Positions 1 through 7,912 of a stretch of DNA of 43,345 nt are shown here, in pieces. Where the stretch lies: assembly GCA_017478765.1 (NCBI GenBank), contig JAFVDA010000028.1, forward strand, positions 1-43,345, written 5' to 3'. This DNA comes from Clostridia bacterium (GTDB lineage Bacteria > Bacillota > Clostridia > Christensenellales > Borkfalkiaceae). The notes beneath the pieces were generated by a model that saw only the letters and a list, made by a program, of their open reading frames with translations, was not told the DNA's origin and made no database searches. Both the position numbers and the translations under genes were made by a program. The stretch's first letter is position 1. Each line of letters begins with the position of its first letter.

Positions 1-1766
1 ATGGTAATAATCGAACCGCCCCAGTTGGTGTCGGTATATACGGTAGCGCCGTTTCCTTCGACTTTGGCGTCGGTATTTGCGGCGTAGGTGTTATTGACCT
101 GTTGTTGACTGTTTATATCGATTCTTACGGTTGCCGTTTGGCTGCCCTTGTTCTCGATGGTTACGGTAAACGTAGTCGCGCCGGCGGCAACGCTCGCAAC
201 GTCAGTATTGATATTTGCGTAAGAATTGCCCGCAAGGTTAGTATAACCGGCTTCCAACTCGCCGCCCGATTTATTCAAGGTGTAAACGTCGAGATTACCG
301 CTCATAGTGACCGCGGTCAAATCCAAAGGCGTTCCCTGTTGTTCGGTCTGTCCGCCTTGACCGCCCTGACCGCCTTGACCTTGTCCCGCTTTAGCGCCGA
401 AATACGCGTCTGACAAAACTATCTTGCCCGTGTGCGTCTTTACGTCGTCGTACTTGCAAGAGTCAAAGTATAGTATCAAAGTGGTAGGCGTTCTCGTGTT
501 GTCGAAGTATACGGTTACCGTAGCGGTCGCGCCTGCGTCTAAAGTTACGGTGGTGCCGCCCCAATCGGTATCGGTGTAAGCGGTGGCGCCTTCGCCTTCC
601 ACGCGAGAACTTACGTTACAAGCGTTGGTGTTATTGACCTGTTGGCTGCTGTCGATATCTATTCTGACGTTGGCTTGTTCCGCGCCTTTGTTTTGAAGGG
701 TTACCTTAAAGGCGTCCTTGTCGGCGGCTATATTGCCGACTTCGGTATTTATATTAGCGTAGGAATTGCCCGCAAGGTTGGTGTAATCGACTTCCAACTC
801 GCCGCTCGATTTATTCATAGTATAAACGTCGAGATTGCCCGACCAGGTAGCGTTCGTCATATCGAACGCGGTAAAGGTCAACTCGTCGGTGGGAACGTCC
901 GGATCGCTCGGGATATCCTGATCGACCTGACTTGCCTCGGCGGCAACCTTTATCCACTGATAGTCGGCGGTCTCGCCTGTGGAAGCGTCGGTAAACTTAC
1001 CCATCCAGCCTTCGGCTTCCTGCGTGCCGCACCAGTAATTCATCAATATCCTTCCGGGGTGAGTGGGCATGGGATACTTTTTGGTTTTATCAACCCTGTA
1101 TACGGGCTCGCCGTCAACGAACCAAACGATATGGTCTTCCGCCCAGCGGAATCCGTATTCGTGATATTGCTCGGAAGCGTCGAATCCCAAATCATACATG
1201 TACTCGTTGCCGCCCTTGCCGTTTACGAAGTAGTTGAACTGAACCTTGGTGGTATCTTTGCCCAAGAACTCGATATCTATCTCGTCGTGCTCGTTGGGAA
1301 CTTCGTCGACCGTTTCGTAATTACCGGTGCATACGAAGAACGTACTTGCCGTACCTGCCTTTTTGGCGGGCTTCATGGAAACGGCGTAGTCGCCGAAACC
1401 GTAGTGCATGGTCGTTCTCGCTTCGCCGGCGGTATAGTCGAATTCGACCAACTCGTCGTCGAGATAGGCTGCCGCCGATTGCTCGGTGATGCCGAGATGC
1501 ATCGCGCCGTCAGAATAGGTCACGTTGTCCTTTGACCAGACGACGTTAAAGACGCTGCCGTTAGCCCAGCCGTCGGAAGCAAAGACGTTTTCCGATTCGC
1601 CCAAAGTGAAATCGGCTATTTTCTCGGCGTCAAGCGTAGCGTCGTCAAGATTATCCGTCTTGCCATTGGACTTCTTATTATCGCCGCAACCTGCAAACAG
1701 AGCAAGGCTCATGACGAGCGATAAAAAAAGCGCCGCGATTGATAAAAATTTTTTTGTTCTCCTCAT
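1..1766 (-). CDS. GH16 beta-glucanase lipoprotein with two tandem C-terminal ~165-aa repeat modules; the C-terminal coding end runs off the window start
   Basis: My own minus-strand translation starts at ATG 1766-1764, with SD GGGAGAAAG upstream. It gives MRRTKKFLSIAALFLSLVMSLALFAGC (lipobox) and the GH16 catalytic motif EHDEIDIEFLGKDTTKVQFNYF. The frame stays open to position 1, so it is missing from the closed-ORF track. The + ORFs 102-413 and 642-1535 are its antisense shadows. Confidence 0.85.
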   Translation of the reverse strand, partial: MRRTKKFLSIAALFLSLVMSLALFAGCGDNKKSNGKTDNLDDATLDAEKIADFTLGESENVFASDGWANGSVFNVVWSKDNVTYSDGAMHLGITEQSAAAYLDDELVEFDYTAGEARTTMHYGFGDYAVSMKPAKKAGTASTFFVCTGNYETVDEVPNEHDEIDIEFLGKDTTKVQFNYFVNGKGGNEYMYDLGFDASEQYHEYGFRWAEDHIVWFVDGEPVYRVDKTKKYPMPTHPGRILMNYWCGTQEAEGWMGKFTDASTGETADYQWIKVAAEASQVDQDIPSDPDVPTDELTFTAFDMTNATWSGNLDVYTMNKSSGELEVDYTNLAGNSYANINTEVGNIAADKDAFKVTLQNKGAEQANVRIDIDSSQQVNNTNACNVSSRVEGEGATAYTDTDWGGTTVTLDAGATATVTVYFDNTRTPTTLILYFDSCKYDDVKTHTGKIVLSDAYFGAKAGQGQGGQGGQGGQTEQQGTPLDLTAVTMSGNLDVYTLNKSGGELEAGYTNLAGNSYANINTDVASVAAGATTFTVTIENKGSQTATVRIDINSQQQVNNTYAANTDAKVEGNGATVYTDTNWGGSIIT

Positions 1767-1810
1767 TGTTCTTTCTCCCTGAAAAATTTTACAAAAACGG
1801 ATTGTATCCG

Positions 1811-2614
1811 TTAATCGTTTCCTTTATATGCAAACCACTTGTATTCCGCCGAAGCGGGGAGTTTGGTTTGGTCGAGCGCGCCCGCCCAGTCGGCAAAGCC
1901 TTCGCCCTTGCCGTTCCAAACGTTAGCCATCAACATGCCCGCGTGGGAAGGTATGTCCTTCGTAGCCCTGTATACGGCTTTTCCGTCAACGTACCATTCG
2001 ATATAGTCGGGCTGCCAGTCAAAACCGTACTCGTGAAAATCTTTTGAAGCGTCGAACCCCAAATCGTACCAATATTCGTGTCCGCCCTGTCCGTTAGTAT
2101 AATAGTTGAACTGAACTTTGGTGACGTCTTTACCTAAAAATTCGATATCTATCTCGTCCCAGACGGGATTGTTGTTATAGGTGAAAAACGAAGATATGAC
2201 TCCCGAACAATCCGCCGCCTTCATACTGACGGAAAAATATCCGTAGGAAAACCAGGAATACGAGCGGTATTCTCCGCCTTCGTAGCCGCCCCATCCCGTT
2301 TTATCGGTAAGCGTTAGTTTCCCGTCGCCCAAGACTGCGCAGGAACTTCTCCAAGTACAATCGAACATTCCGCCGTTAGAGTAACCGTTGGAACTATGGA
2401 ACCTGTCCGTACCGCTTAAAGTGGAAAAGTCGACAATCCTATCTTCTTCCGCCGTCCATTTTTCTTCCTTCGTAAGATTTGCGGGTCTGCTTGAAGAACT
2501 TCTGCCGTTACCCGGGAGATGAAATCCGCTTTTAAGATCGCAGCCCGTAGCCGATAAGCCTATAACTGATATGACGACGAACAATATCGCCTTTTTTAAT
2601 ATAGAAAAACGCAT
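1811..2614 (-). CDS. GH16 licheninase-type beta-1,3-1,4-glucanase, predicted lipoprotein
   Basis: 267 aa. Contains the signal/lipobox LSATGC, the motif WDEIDIEFLGKDVTKVQFNYYTNG and YGFDWQPDYIEWYVDG, which is typical of Bacillus BglS/LicS-like lichenases. Confidence 0.9.
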   Translation of the reverse strand: MRFSILKKAILFVVISVIGLSATGCDLKSGFHLPGNGRSSSSRPANLTKEEKWTAEEDRIVDFSTLSGTDRFHSSNGYSNGGMFDCTWRSSCAVLGDGKLTLTDKTGWGGYEGGEYRSYSWFSYGYFSVSMKAADCSGVISSFFTYNNNPVWDEIDIEFLGKDVTKVQFNYYTNGQGGHEYWYDLGFDASKDFHEYGFDWQPDYIEWYVDGKAVYRATKDIPSHAGMLMANVWNGKGEGFADWAGALDQTKLPASAEYKWFAYKGND

Positions 2615-2700
2615 AATGATTTTTTTGATCGCGCAATTTGATTTTCAAATTACGAAAAGACAGATAGCGGCATTTTGAAGAGCGTAAATAAAGTCGTTTC

Positions 2701-2937
2701 TTGCGGCAACATATATAATATGTAAATCCCCAACTCCACTCTCAACTTAATTCACGAAAAATGTCTTCTTCGCAAACATTTTTCCGTGAGGGCTGTAGGT
2801 CGTAAAGCGCTTAACGGCGAGAGTGAATCCCGCCTTGCGCTTTTCGGCTTGTATTTTATAGAAAAGTTTATCCTTGCGACAGCGTATATAATATGCTCGA
2901 CCGCAATTCCACTTTCAACTTTCCACTCTCCACTCTC
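2701..2937 (-). repeat. Leader module with two copies of a ~50-57 nt hairpin-forming core (rc 2866-2922 and rc 2701-2750) separated by a spacer containing hairpins; homologous to 32830-32955
   Basis: The reverse complement of 2866-2922 is 52/57 identical to 32830-32886. A second, diverged copy lies at rc 2701-2750. The module sits between a strong minus-strand promoter (2963-2991) and the GH16 start at 2614. Confidence 0.7.
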
Positions 2938-2962
2938 TAAAAAGTTTACTTTGGTTTTCCAT

Positions 2963-2991
2963 ATTATATAAAAAGGCAACCGCTTAGTCAA
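2963..2991 (-). promoter_or_regulatory. Sigma-A type promoter for the GH16 gene(s)
   Basis: Minus strand reads TTGACT, a 17-nt spacer, then TATAAT. This implies a leader of about 340 nt before ATG 2614. Confidence 0.6.
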
Positions 2992-3043
2992 TACGGTTAC
3001 CTAAATTGCATTATTTTTACTTATTTTACACGTTTTTTCCCTG

Positions 3044-3568
3044 TCAACCCTCCGACAATCTATAGTAGATATCTAAAACTATCAAAACGATCGCGACTAT
3101 CGGCGCCAACAAGTAGGTCAAAGGTATCTTGATATAGTCGGGAATCTTATCCAAAAAATCGGGAGTATACTCGTTGTTGTTTACGAGCATAAGCCCGAAA
3201 TATCCGCCTACCCCGTAAAGAATGGTCATGAGTTTGATAAATCCCGCCGAGCCCGTGTTGGCGTACCCGCTGAAATCCGGGATACTCGATAAAACCAAAA
3301 CCGCGTAAACGATCGCCGCGACAGTCAAAACCGCGGATAGGATCATCATGGGCGCGGGGTTTATATCCGAATCTTCCTGCGCGATAACGCACATCGGAAA
3401 AAGCGCCGCAAGCGTCAACGAAATAGAACAAATCGCCTTGATAGTGAAAAACGCGTCGTAGTTTTCGGGGTTGATAAATATAAATATCACGCCTACCGCC
3501 AACAAAACCAACGAAATTATCCCTATCACTTTAGTTGTTCCCGACAAAGAATTTCTACCGTAACTCAT
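3044..3568 (-). CDS. Hypothetical polytopic membrane protein (174 aa)
   Basis: Has several hydrophobic segments, an upstream GAGG SD, and starts 22 nt after the kinase stop, so it is probably co-transcribed. I recognise no family. It has no His residue, so it is not AgrB-like. Confidence 0.6.
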   Translation of the reverse strand: MSYGRNSLSGTTKVIGIISLVLLAVGVIFIFINPENYDAFFTIKAICSISLTLAALFPMCVIAQEDSDINPAPMMILSAVLTVAAIVYAVLVLSSIPDFSGYANTGSAGFIKLMTILYGVGGYFGLMLVNNNEYTPDFLDKIPDYIKIPLTYLLAPIVAIVLIVLDIYYRLSEG

Positions 3569-3590
3569 AATTTTATATACCTCATAAAAA

Positions 3591-4949
3591 TTAATTCAAA
3601 CTGAAAATAACGTTCAGGTGGAAGACCTCGCCCGTCGTGTAAACGGAGATCTCGCCGCCGTACTTTTGCGCTATCATCCTTATGCTTTTCAAGCCGAAGC
3701 CGTGGTTGGCGCTGTCGACTTTTACCGTTTTCGGCAAACCGTTTTCATACGTCAGATTGCCTTCAAAATAGTTTTCTTCCTGCAAGATGAGCATATCGTT
3801 TTTGCATTTGACGACTATGCTTATGATCTTCTTGTTTTTATCTTCAAGCTTATTGACCGCTTCGAGCGCGTTGTCGAGAATGTTTCCGAAAAACGTATAT
3901 AGGTCCCCGTCGCTCATAAACGATAACTTTTCGCCGTCCGCCATGCACGTAAATTTAATGCCGTTTTGTTCGCAGTACAGCCGTTTTTCCGACAAGATAA
4001 CGTTCAAAAGCCTGTTGCCCGTATCCACGACCGAATCGTAGATAAACACGCTCTCTTTTAATTTTTCTATCTCGTCGCTGTTTACGTTTTCTTTTTGCGC
4101 CAAAAGCGCGTTTATCTTATAGCGAATGTCGTGCACCTTGACGTTGACCATCTCGACGATATCCCTTCGCATCTCGTACTGCCATTTGCCATGCTCTATT
4201 GCGTGTTGAAGATAGCCTATCTCCTGTTGCATTTCATTTTGTTCGACGGTAGCCGTCAATAAAAACATGGTGATAATAAGGCAAATAAGCGAAAACACGT
4301 TGCCCGTTTCCCGCAATACGACGTACGCTTGGTTATCGAAATAACTCTCGCCGTCGGCGGCAAGCCTTGAGAAAAACACGTCTTCTATCGAACACAAAAC
4401 TATGGTGACCGTAAGTATAAGAACGGATATGGTCATAGTCACCTTATTGTAGTTTCTGCCGAAGTTTTTCTCGGTAAGTTTTTTTATGAACGCAAAATAC
4501 AACAAGGTAGCGGATACGCCGAACAAAAAGTAATAAATAAGCCTGTAAAAAAGTTCGTAATTTGCGCCCCAGTTATCGAGACCGAAGTTTTTTATCAACA
4601 CCCAAACGGTGGAAAACACTTTATACGCAACGTTTTGAGCGGAGTACGCAAGGCTGCAATACAGTAGCGACGTGGTATACGTTACGTCATAAACGTGCGG
4701 AAGCGTCACCATGGCGACGACGAATAAAACAACGTATAAAGATATTCGCCCGAAAACGTTTTCGCCTACTATGGGATACAAAAAAGAAATACCGAAAGCC
4801 GTCAAAAATATTGTCAGAACGCCGAGTATGGCTCTCATCCAAAACAAGTTCTTTTTGCCTTCTTTTTTGACCGTCAACCAAATAAACAACAAAAACTCGA
4901 ATAAAAATACTACGAATATCTTTAAGAACACTTCGCTAAAAACGTTCAT
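3591..4949 (-). CDS. GHKL-type sensor histidine kinase, AgrC/LytS-like (HPK10-like), polytopic N-terminus
   Basis: Contains the H-box VHDIRYKINAL, N-box NILDNALEA and G-box NHGFGLKSI, with about 6 N-terminal TM helices. I chose ATG 4949 because it has SD AAGGGG upstream. The ORF stays open up to 4967 (TTG/ATG alternatives). Confidence 0.8.
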   Translation of the reverse strand: MNVFSEVFLKIFVVFLFEFLLFIWLTVKKEGKKNLFWMRAILGVLTIFLTAFGISFLYPIVGENVFGRISLYVVLFVVAMVTLPHVYDVTYTTSLLYCSLAYSAQNVAYKVFSTVWVLIKNFGLDNWGANYELFYRLIYYFLFGVSATLLYFAFIKKLTEKNFGRNYNKVTMTISVLILTVTIVLCSIEDVFFSRLAADGESYFDNQAYVVLRETGNVFSLICLIITMFLLTATVEQNEMQQEIGYLQHAIEHGKWQYEMRRDIVEMVNVKVHDIRYKINALLAQKENVNSDEIEKLKESVFIYDSVVDTGNRLLNVILSEKRLYCEQNGIKFTCMADGEKLSFMSDGDLYTFFGNILDNALEAVNKLEDKNKKIISIVVKCKNDMLILQEENYFEGNLTYENGLPKTVKVDSANHGFGLKSIRMIAQKYGGEISVYTTGEVFHLNVIFSLN

Positions 4950-5045
4950 TTTGCCCCTTAACATCAAAAAGGCGGCTTGATAATTCCGTCTTTTTTTAGT
5001 AAAAAATTATCGGTTTATCGACTTATAGCCCTACTTTTTGATAAA

Positions 5046-5756
5046 TCACGCCTTGCCGCCCGCGTACCAGTTGGCAAGTTCAGCCAAAAACGAAGATCTT
5101 CTTGCTCGGCTTATTTGCAAGGTCTCGCCGCCCACGTCGACTTCCTGACCTTTGACCTTTACTACGAACTTGGGGTTTACCAGATAACAGTTATTGCAGC
5201 GCAAAAAACCGTACTCGGATAAACTCTTTTCTACTTCGCCCAAAACGCCCGTCATCTCCACGACGTCGTCAACGAGATGATAGTAAAGCCTATGGCGGAT
5301 TATCTCGACGTATTTTATCCTATCCGTGGATATTCTGTATAGTCCGCCGGGGATCTTGAGCGTTACGCTGCGCTCTTCGTTCATGGAGTTTATGCCGAGC
5401 GCTTTTTCAAACATAAGCGCGAAATCGTAATAACTGACAGGTTTTACGAAAAACCCGACCGCGTCCACTTCGTATCCGCGTTGGGCGTATTGCACGAGAT
5501 TGCTTATGAATATTATGGAAACCGTCTTATCGGTCTTTCTTATGGTTATTGACGCGTCCATTCCGTTAGACTCAGGCATCTGAATATCCATAAAAATCAC
5601 CGAGTATACGGCTTTATAATCGGTCAATATATCTTTTGCGTCGCGAAAACGAATAACGTTGAACTCTAAATTGTTTTCTTCGCCGTAACGGGTTATATAC
5701 GACTCTATAAGTTCGGAAGTTTCAAATTCGTCTTCAACGATTGCCACGTTCTTCAT
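5046..5756 (-). CDS. LytTR-family response regulator (receiver + LytTR DNA-binding domain)
   Basis: The receiver domain shows VAIVEDE ... IFMDIQMP. The C-terminal LytTR-like region shows IKYVEIIRHRLYYH ... FLRCNNCYLVN. SD GGGAAG is present. Confidence 0.85.
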   Translation of the reverse strand: MKNVAIVEDEFETSELIESYITRYGEENNLEFNVIRFRDAKDILTDYKAVYSVIFMDIQMPESNGMDASITIRKTDKTVSIIFISNLVQYAQRGYEVDAVGFFVKPVSYYDFALMFEKALGINSMNEERSVTLKIPGGLYRISTDRIKYVEIIRHRLYYHLVDDVVEMTGVLGEVEKSLSEYGFLRCNNCYLVNPKFVVKVKGQEVDVGGETLQISRARRSSFLAELANWYAGGKA

Positions 5757-5790
5757 ATAACGCTTCCCGAATAAAGTTTACTTTTTTTCG

Positions 5791-5819
5791 ATTATAACAG
5801 TCAAATATTCGTTTGTCAA
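5791..5819 (-). promoter_or_regulatory. Sigma-A type promoter of the response regulator/kinase operon
   Basis: Minus strand reads TTGACA, a 17-nt spacer, then TATAAT. It lies about 35 nt upstream of ATG 5756. Confidence 0.6.
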
Positions 5820-5867
5820 TACGAAAATAGAAAATTATATAGTTAAAATGATAAAAAATCGGTTATT

Positions 5868-6653
5868 TCAGTTATTTTTTGCGGTTTTTGATTTTTGCGT
5901 TTTTCTTATCATCTGGGCGACCGCATAGAATATAAGCATATACGCTATCAGAGAAAACGCGACCAGTATTGGATATAGTACCGCGTTCCCGTTTACAAGA
6001 TCATACACGAGATCGTACGGAGTGCCGTCTCCCCTTATCATAAACATATAGTTATAGGGTATGAGTATATCCGCTATGTACGCCAAAGCGCAAAAAAACG
6101 CGAATATAAGACACTCTATCCACACGTTTTTTCTTTCCATGCTGATCATTCCCGATACGCCTATATAGATACAGCAAAAACCGGATATGCAATGCGTTAT
6201 GGCGGACACCACGTTATCGAACGACAACACGGGGTATGAAGAGTAATTGTTGCCCGCGGCGATCGTTCCTAAAACTGCACCCAAAAGCCCGAAGATAAAC
6301 ACGAAGTCAAGAGCGATATTTTTTGTTCTTCCCTTGGTAAACGCCGCTACCGGAATGGTTATAAGTTGCAGACTGCATAAAAACAGCGGCAGGTTATATA
6401 TCCAGTTCATGGCGTTTTCGCTTCTGAAACACAACAAAACTATTTTGAATAGTTCAAACCCGTCTATCAAAAACGCCGATACGATCAGCGCGTCGTTCTT
6501 TTGACTCAAGGTCTTATTTTTGTTTTTAACACCTAAAATAACGGCGAGCGCCGCCATGACGGCAAGCATGGATATAACGAATATCAAATGCTCTTTGGAC
6601 ATGTAGCCTTCGGGTGTTCTTTGATACCCGCCAAACCCGAAAAATTCCTTCAT
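5868..6653 (-). CDS. Integral membrane protein, possibly of the TIGR02206/YwaF type
   Basis: 261 aa with about 7 hydrophobic helices and SD AAGGAG. The family assignment is from memory of the N-terminal pattern only. Confidence 0.45.
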   Translation of the reverse strand: MKEFFGFGGYQRTPEGYMSKEHLIFVISMLAVMAALAVILGVKNKNKTLSQKNDALIVSAFLIDGFELFKIVLLCFRSENAMNWIYNLPLFLCSLQLITIPVAAFTKGRTKNIALDFVFIFGLLGAVLGTIAAGNNYSSYPVLSFDNVVSAITHCISGFCCIYIGVSGMISMERKNVWIECLIFAFFCALAYIADILIPYNYMFMIRGDGTPYDLVYDLVNGNAVLYPILVAFSLIAYMLIFYAVAQMIRKTQKSKTAKNN

Positions 6654-6671
6654 AATTTTTCTCCTTCGTAA

Positions 6672-6704
6672 AAAAATTTATAAAAAACGGGGCTATAACC
6701 CCGT
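6672..6704 (-). terminator. Rho-independent terminator after the SLOG gene
   Basis: Hairpin ACGGGG-YTATAR-CCCCGT at 6687-6704, followed on the minus strand by a T-run. Confidence 0.6.
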
Positions 6705-6716
6705 TATCGGCGTTTT

Positions 6717-7178
6717 TTACTTTCCGAAGTACAAAACTTTAACACCCGACTCGACCGCATATTTGACCGTTTGATAGGTTCCGCCGCGGTTATAGTTCAG
6801 ATAGGCTATAACCAAAGAACTGTTGTCAACGAGATATTTGTTTCTTTGGTGCATACAGCCTTCGAAGTAGGCTTTGTTAAGCGTTATTATCTCGTCGGCT
6901 TTTTCAAGACAGGAAAGATATTCCTTTTTTTGTTTTGCGTTAAAAAACTTATCCTGATCGGCGCACGGCAAGCAGGCTATTATCTTTATATCGTAATCGC
7001 TTTTAAGTTTGTTAAGCGTATTGAAACACACCGTATCGAATCCAAGCGCCATACCCGTCAAAAAGGTATCGTAACCGCAATTTATTACGTTTATGAAAGC
7101 CGATCTCAACGCTTCTATGTTAAAATCCTTTTTCAATATTCTGTGACCTGTTACCGAACAGGTTTTTTCCTTTATCAT
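6717..7178 (-). CDS. SLOG-fold DUF1273/YpsA-family protein
   Basis: 153 aa. It shows CSVTGHR near the N-terminus, a GMALGFD motif and a C-terminal NRGGT motif, as in DUF1273 proteins. Its start overlaps the rsmG stop (ATGA). Confidence 0.65.
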   Translation of the reverse strand: MIKEKTCSVTGHRILKKDFNIEALRSAFINVINCGYDTFLTGMALGFDTVCFNTLNKLKSDYDIKIIACLPCADQDKFFNAKQKKEYLSCLEKADEIITLNKAYFEGCMHQRNKYLVDNSSLVIAYLNYNRGGTYQTVKYAVESGVKVLYFGK

Positions 7179-7912
7179 AGGGGGGATTTTTTCTCCTTTC
7201 CGAGTCCGCGCGGATATTTTGAACTCGTAGTTTGGTATTTTTTTATTACGACGAGATATCTTTTGCCGTATTCGCCCAAATCGTATGGTAAAACGCTATC
7301 CACCTTACAATTCAATATTTTCATGGCATTTTGGCTTAAAGATAATTCTTCGTCCAAACTCTCACCCTTCCAAAACACCATTTTTCCGCCGACTTTCAAT
7401 AAAGGCGCGCAGTATTCCATCAATACGTTTATCTTGGCTACCGCCCTTGCTACGGCGTAATCGAAAGTTTCCCTAAAATTTTTATCCTTACCTATAACTT
7501 CAGCCCTGTTGCAAACGACGGTAACGGTTTTTAACTGCAAACCGTCAACTAAGGATTGCAAAAAACCGCACTTTTTATTATTGGATTCTATCAAAGTAAA
7601 ATCAAGATCTTCCCTTTCTATCTTTATCGGTATGGACGGAAACCCCGCCCCCGAACCTACTTCGACAACCGACGAACCTACTTCAAAAATATCGCTCAAA
7701 CACATGCTATCCACAAAGTGTTTAATCATAACTTCTTTCTCTTCCGTTATGGCGGTCAGGTTGAACTTTTTATTGTTTTCTATCAATAAATGATAAAATA
7801 AACGGTATTTTGAAAGGTTTTTATCAAGTTTTTTTATCAATTCGAGGTCGTTCACTTTTAGTTTCACCAAATAATAATTTAACTTTATTGACAGTATAAC
7901 ACAAGTTATCAC
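7175..7912 (-). CDS. rsmG: 16S rRNA (guanine527-N7)-methyltransferase RsmG (GidB)
   Basis: SAM-binding motif VVEVGSGAGFPSIPIKI, with typical length and layout. The exact start is uncertain. Confidence 0.85.
   Translation of the reverse strand: MITCVILSIKLNYYLVKLKVNDLELIKKLDKNLSKYRLFYHLLIENNKKFNLTAITEEKEVMIKHFVDSMCLSDIFEVGSSVVEVGSGAGFPSIPIKIEREDLDFTLIESNNKKCGFLQSLVDGLQLKTVTVVCNRAEVIGKDKNFRETFDYAVARAVAKINVLMEYCAPLLKVGGKMVFWKGESLDEELSLSQNAMKILNCKVDSVLPYDLGEYGKRYLVVIKKYQTTSSKYPRGLGKEKKSPL

Noticed and set aside
102-1535. + strand ORFs 102-413 and 642-1535
   Set aside because: They are antisense shadows of the minus-strand GH16 gene, which carries clear signal peptide and catalytic motifs. The + translations have no recognisable features.
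2752-2991. ORFs 2752-2991 (-) and 2786-2971 (+) in the GH16 leader, and 32632-32973 (-) / 32861-33091 (-) in the ecf leader region
   Set aside because: The sequence shared by the two loci is conserved at nucleotide level. The ORFs, however, fall on different strands relative to the element and have different frames, so the conservation is not protein-coding.
5017-5030. 14-mer GGCTATAAGTCGAT shared (in reverse complement) between 5017-5030 and 19141-19154, both next to stop codons of minus-strand genes
   Set aside because: Several exact 14-mers shared in either orientation are expected by chance in 43 kb. The flanks do not align and the orientations relative to the genes differ.
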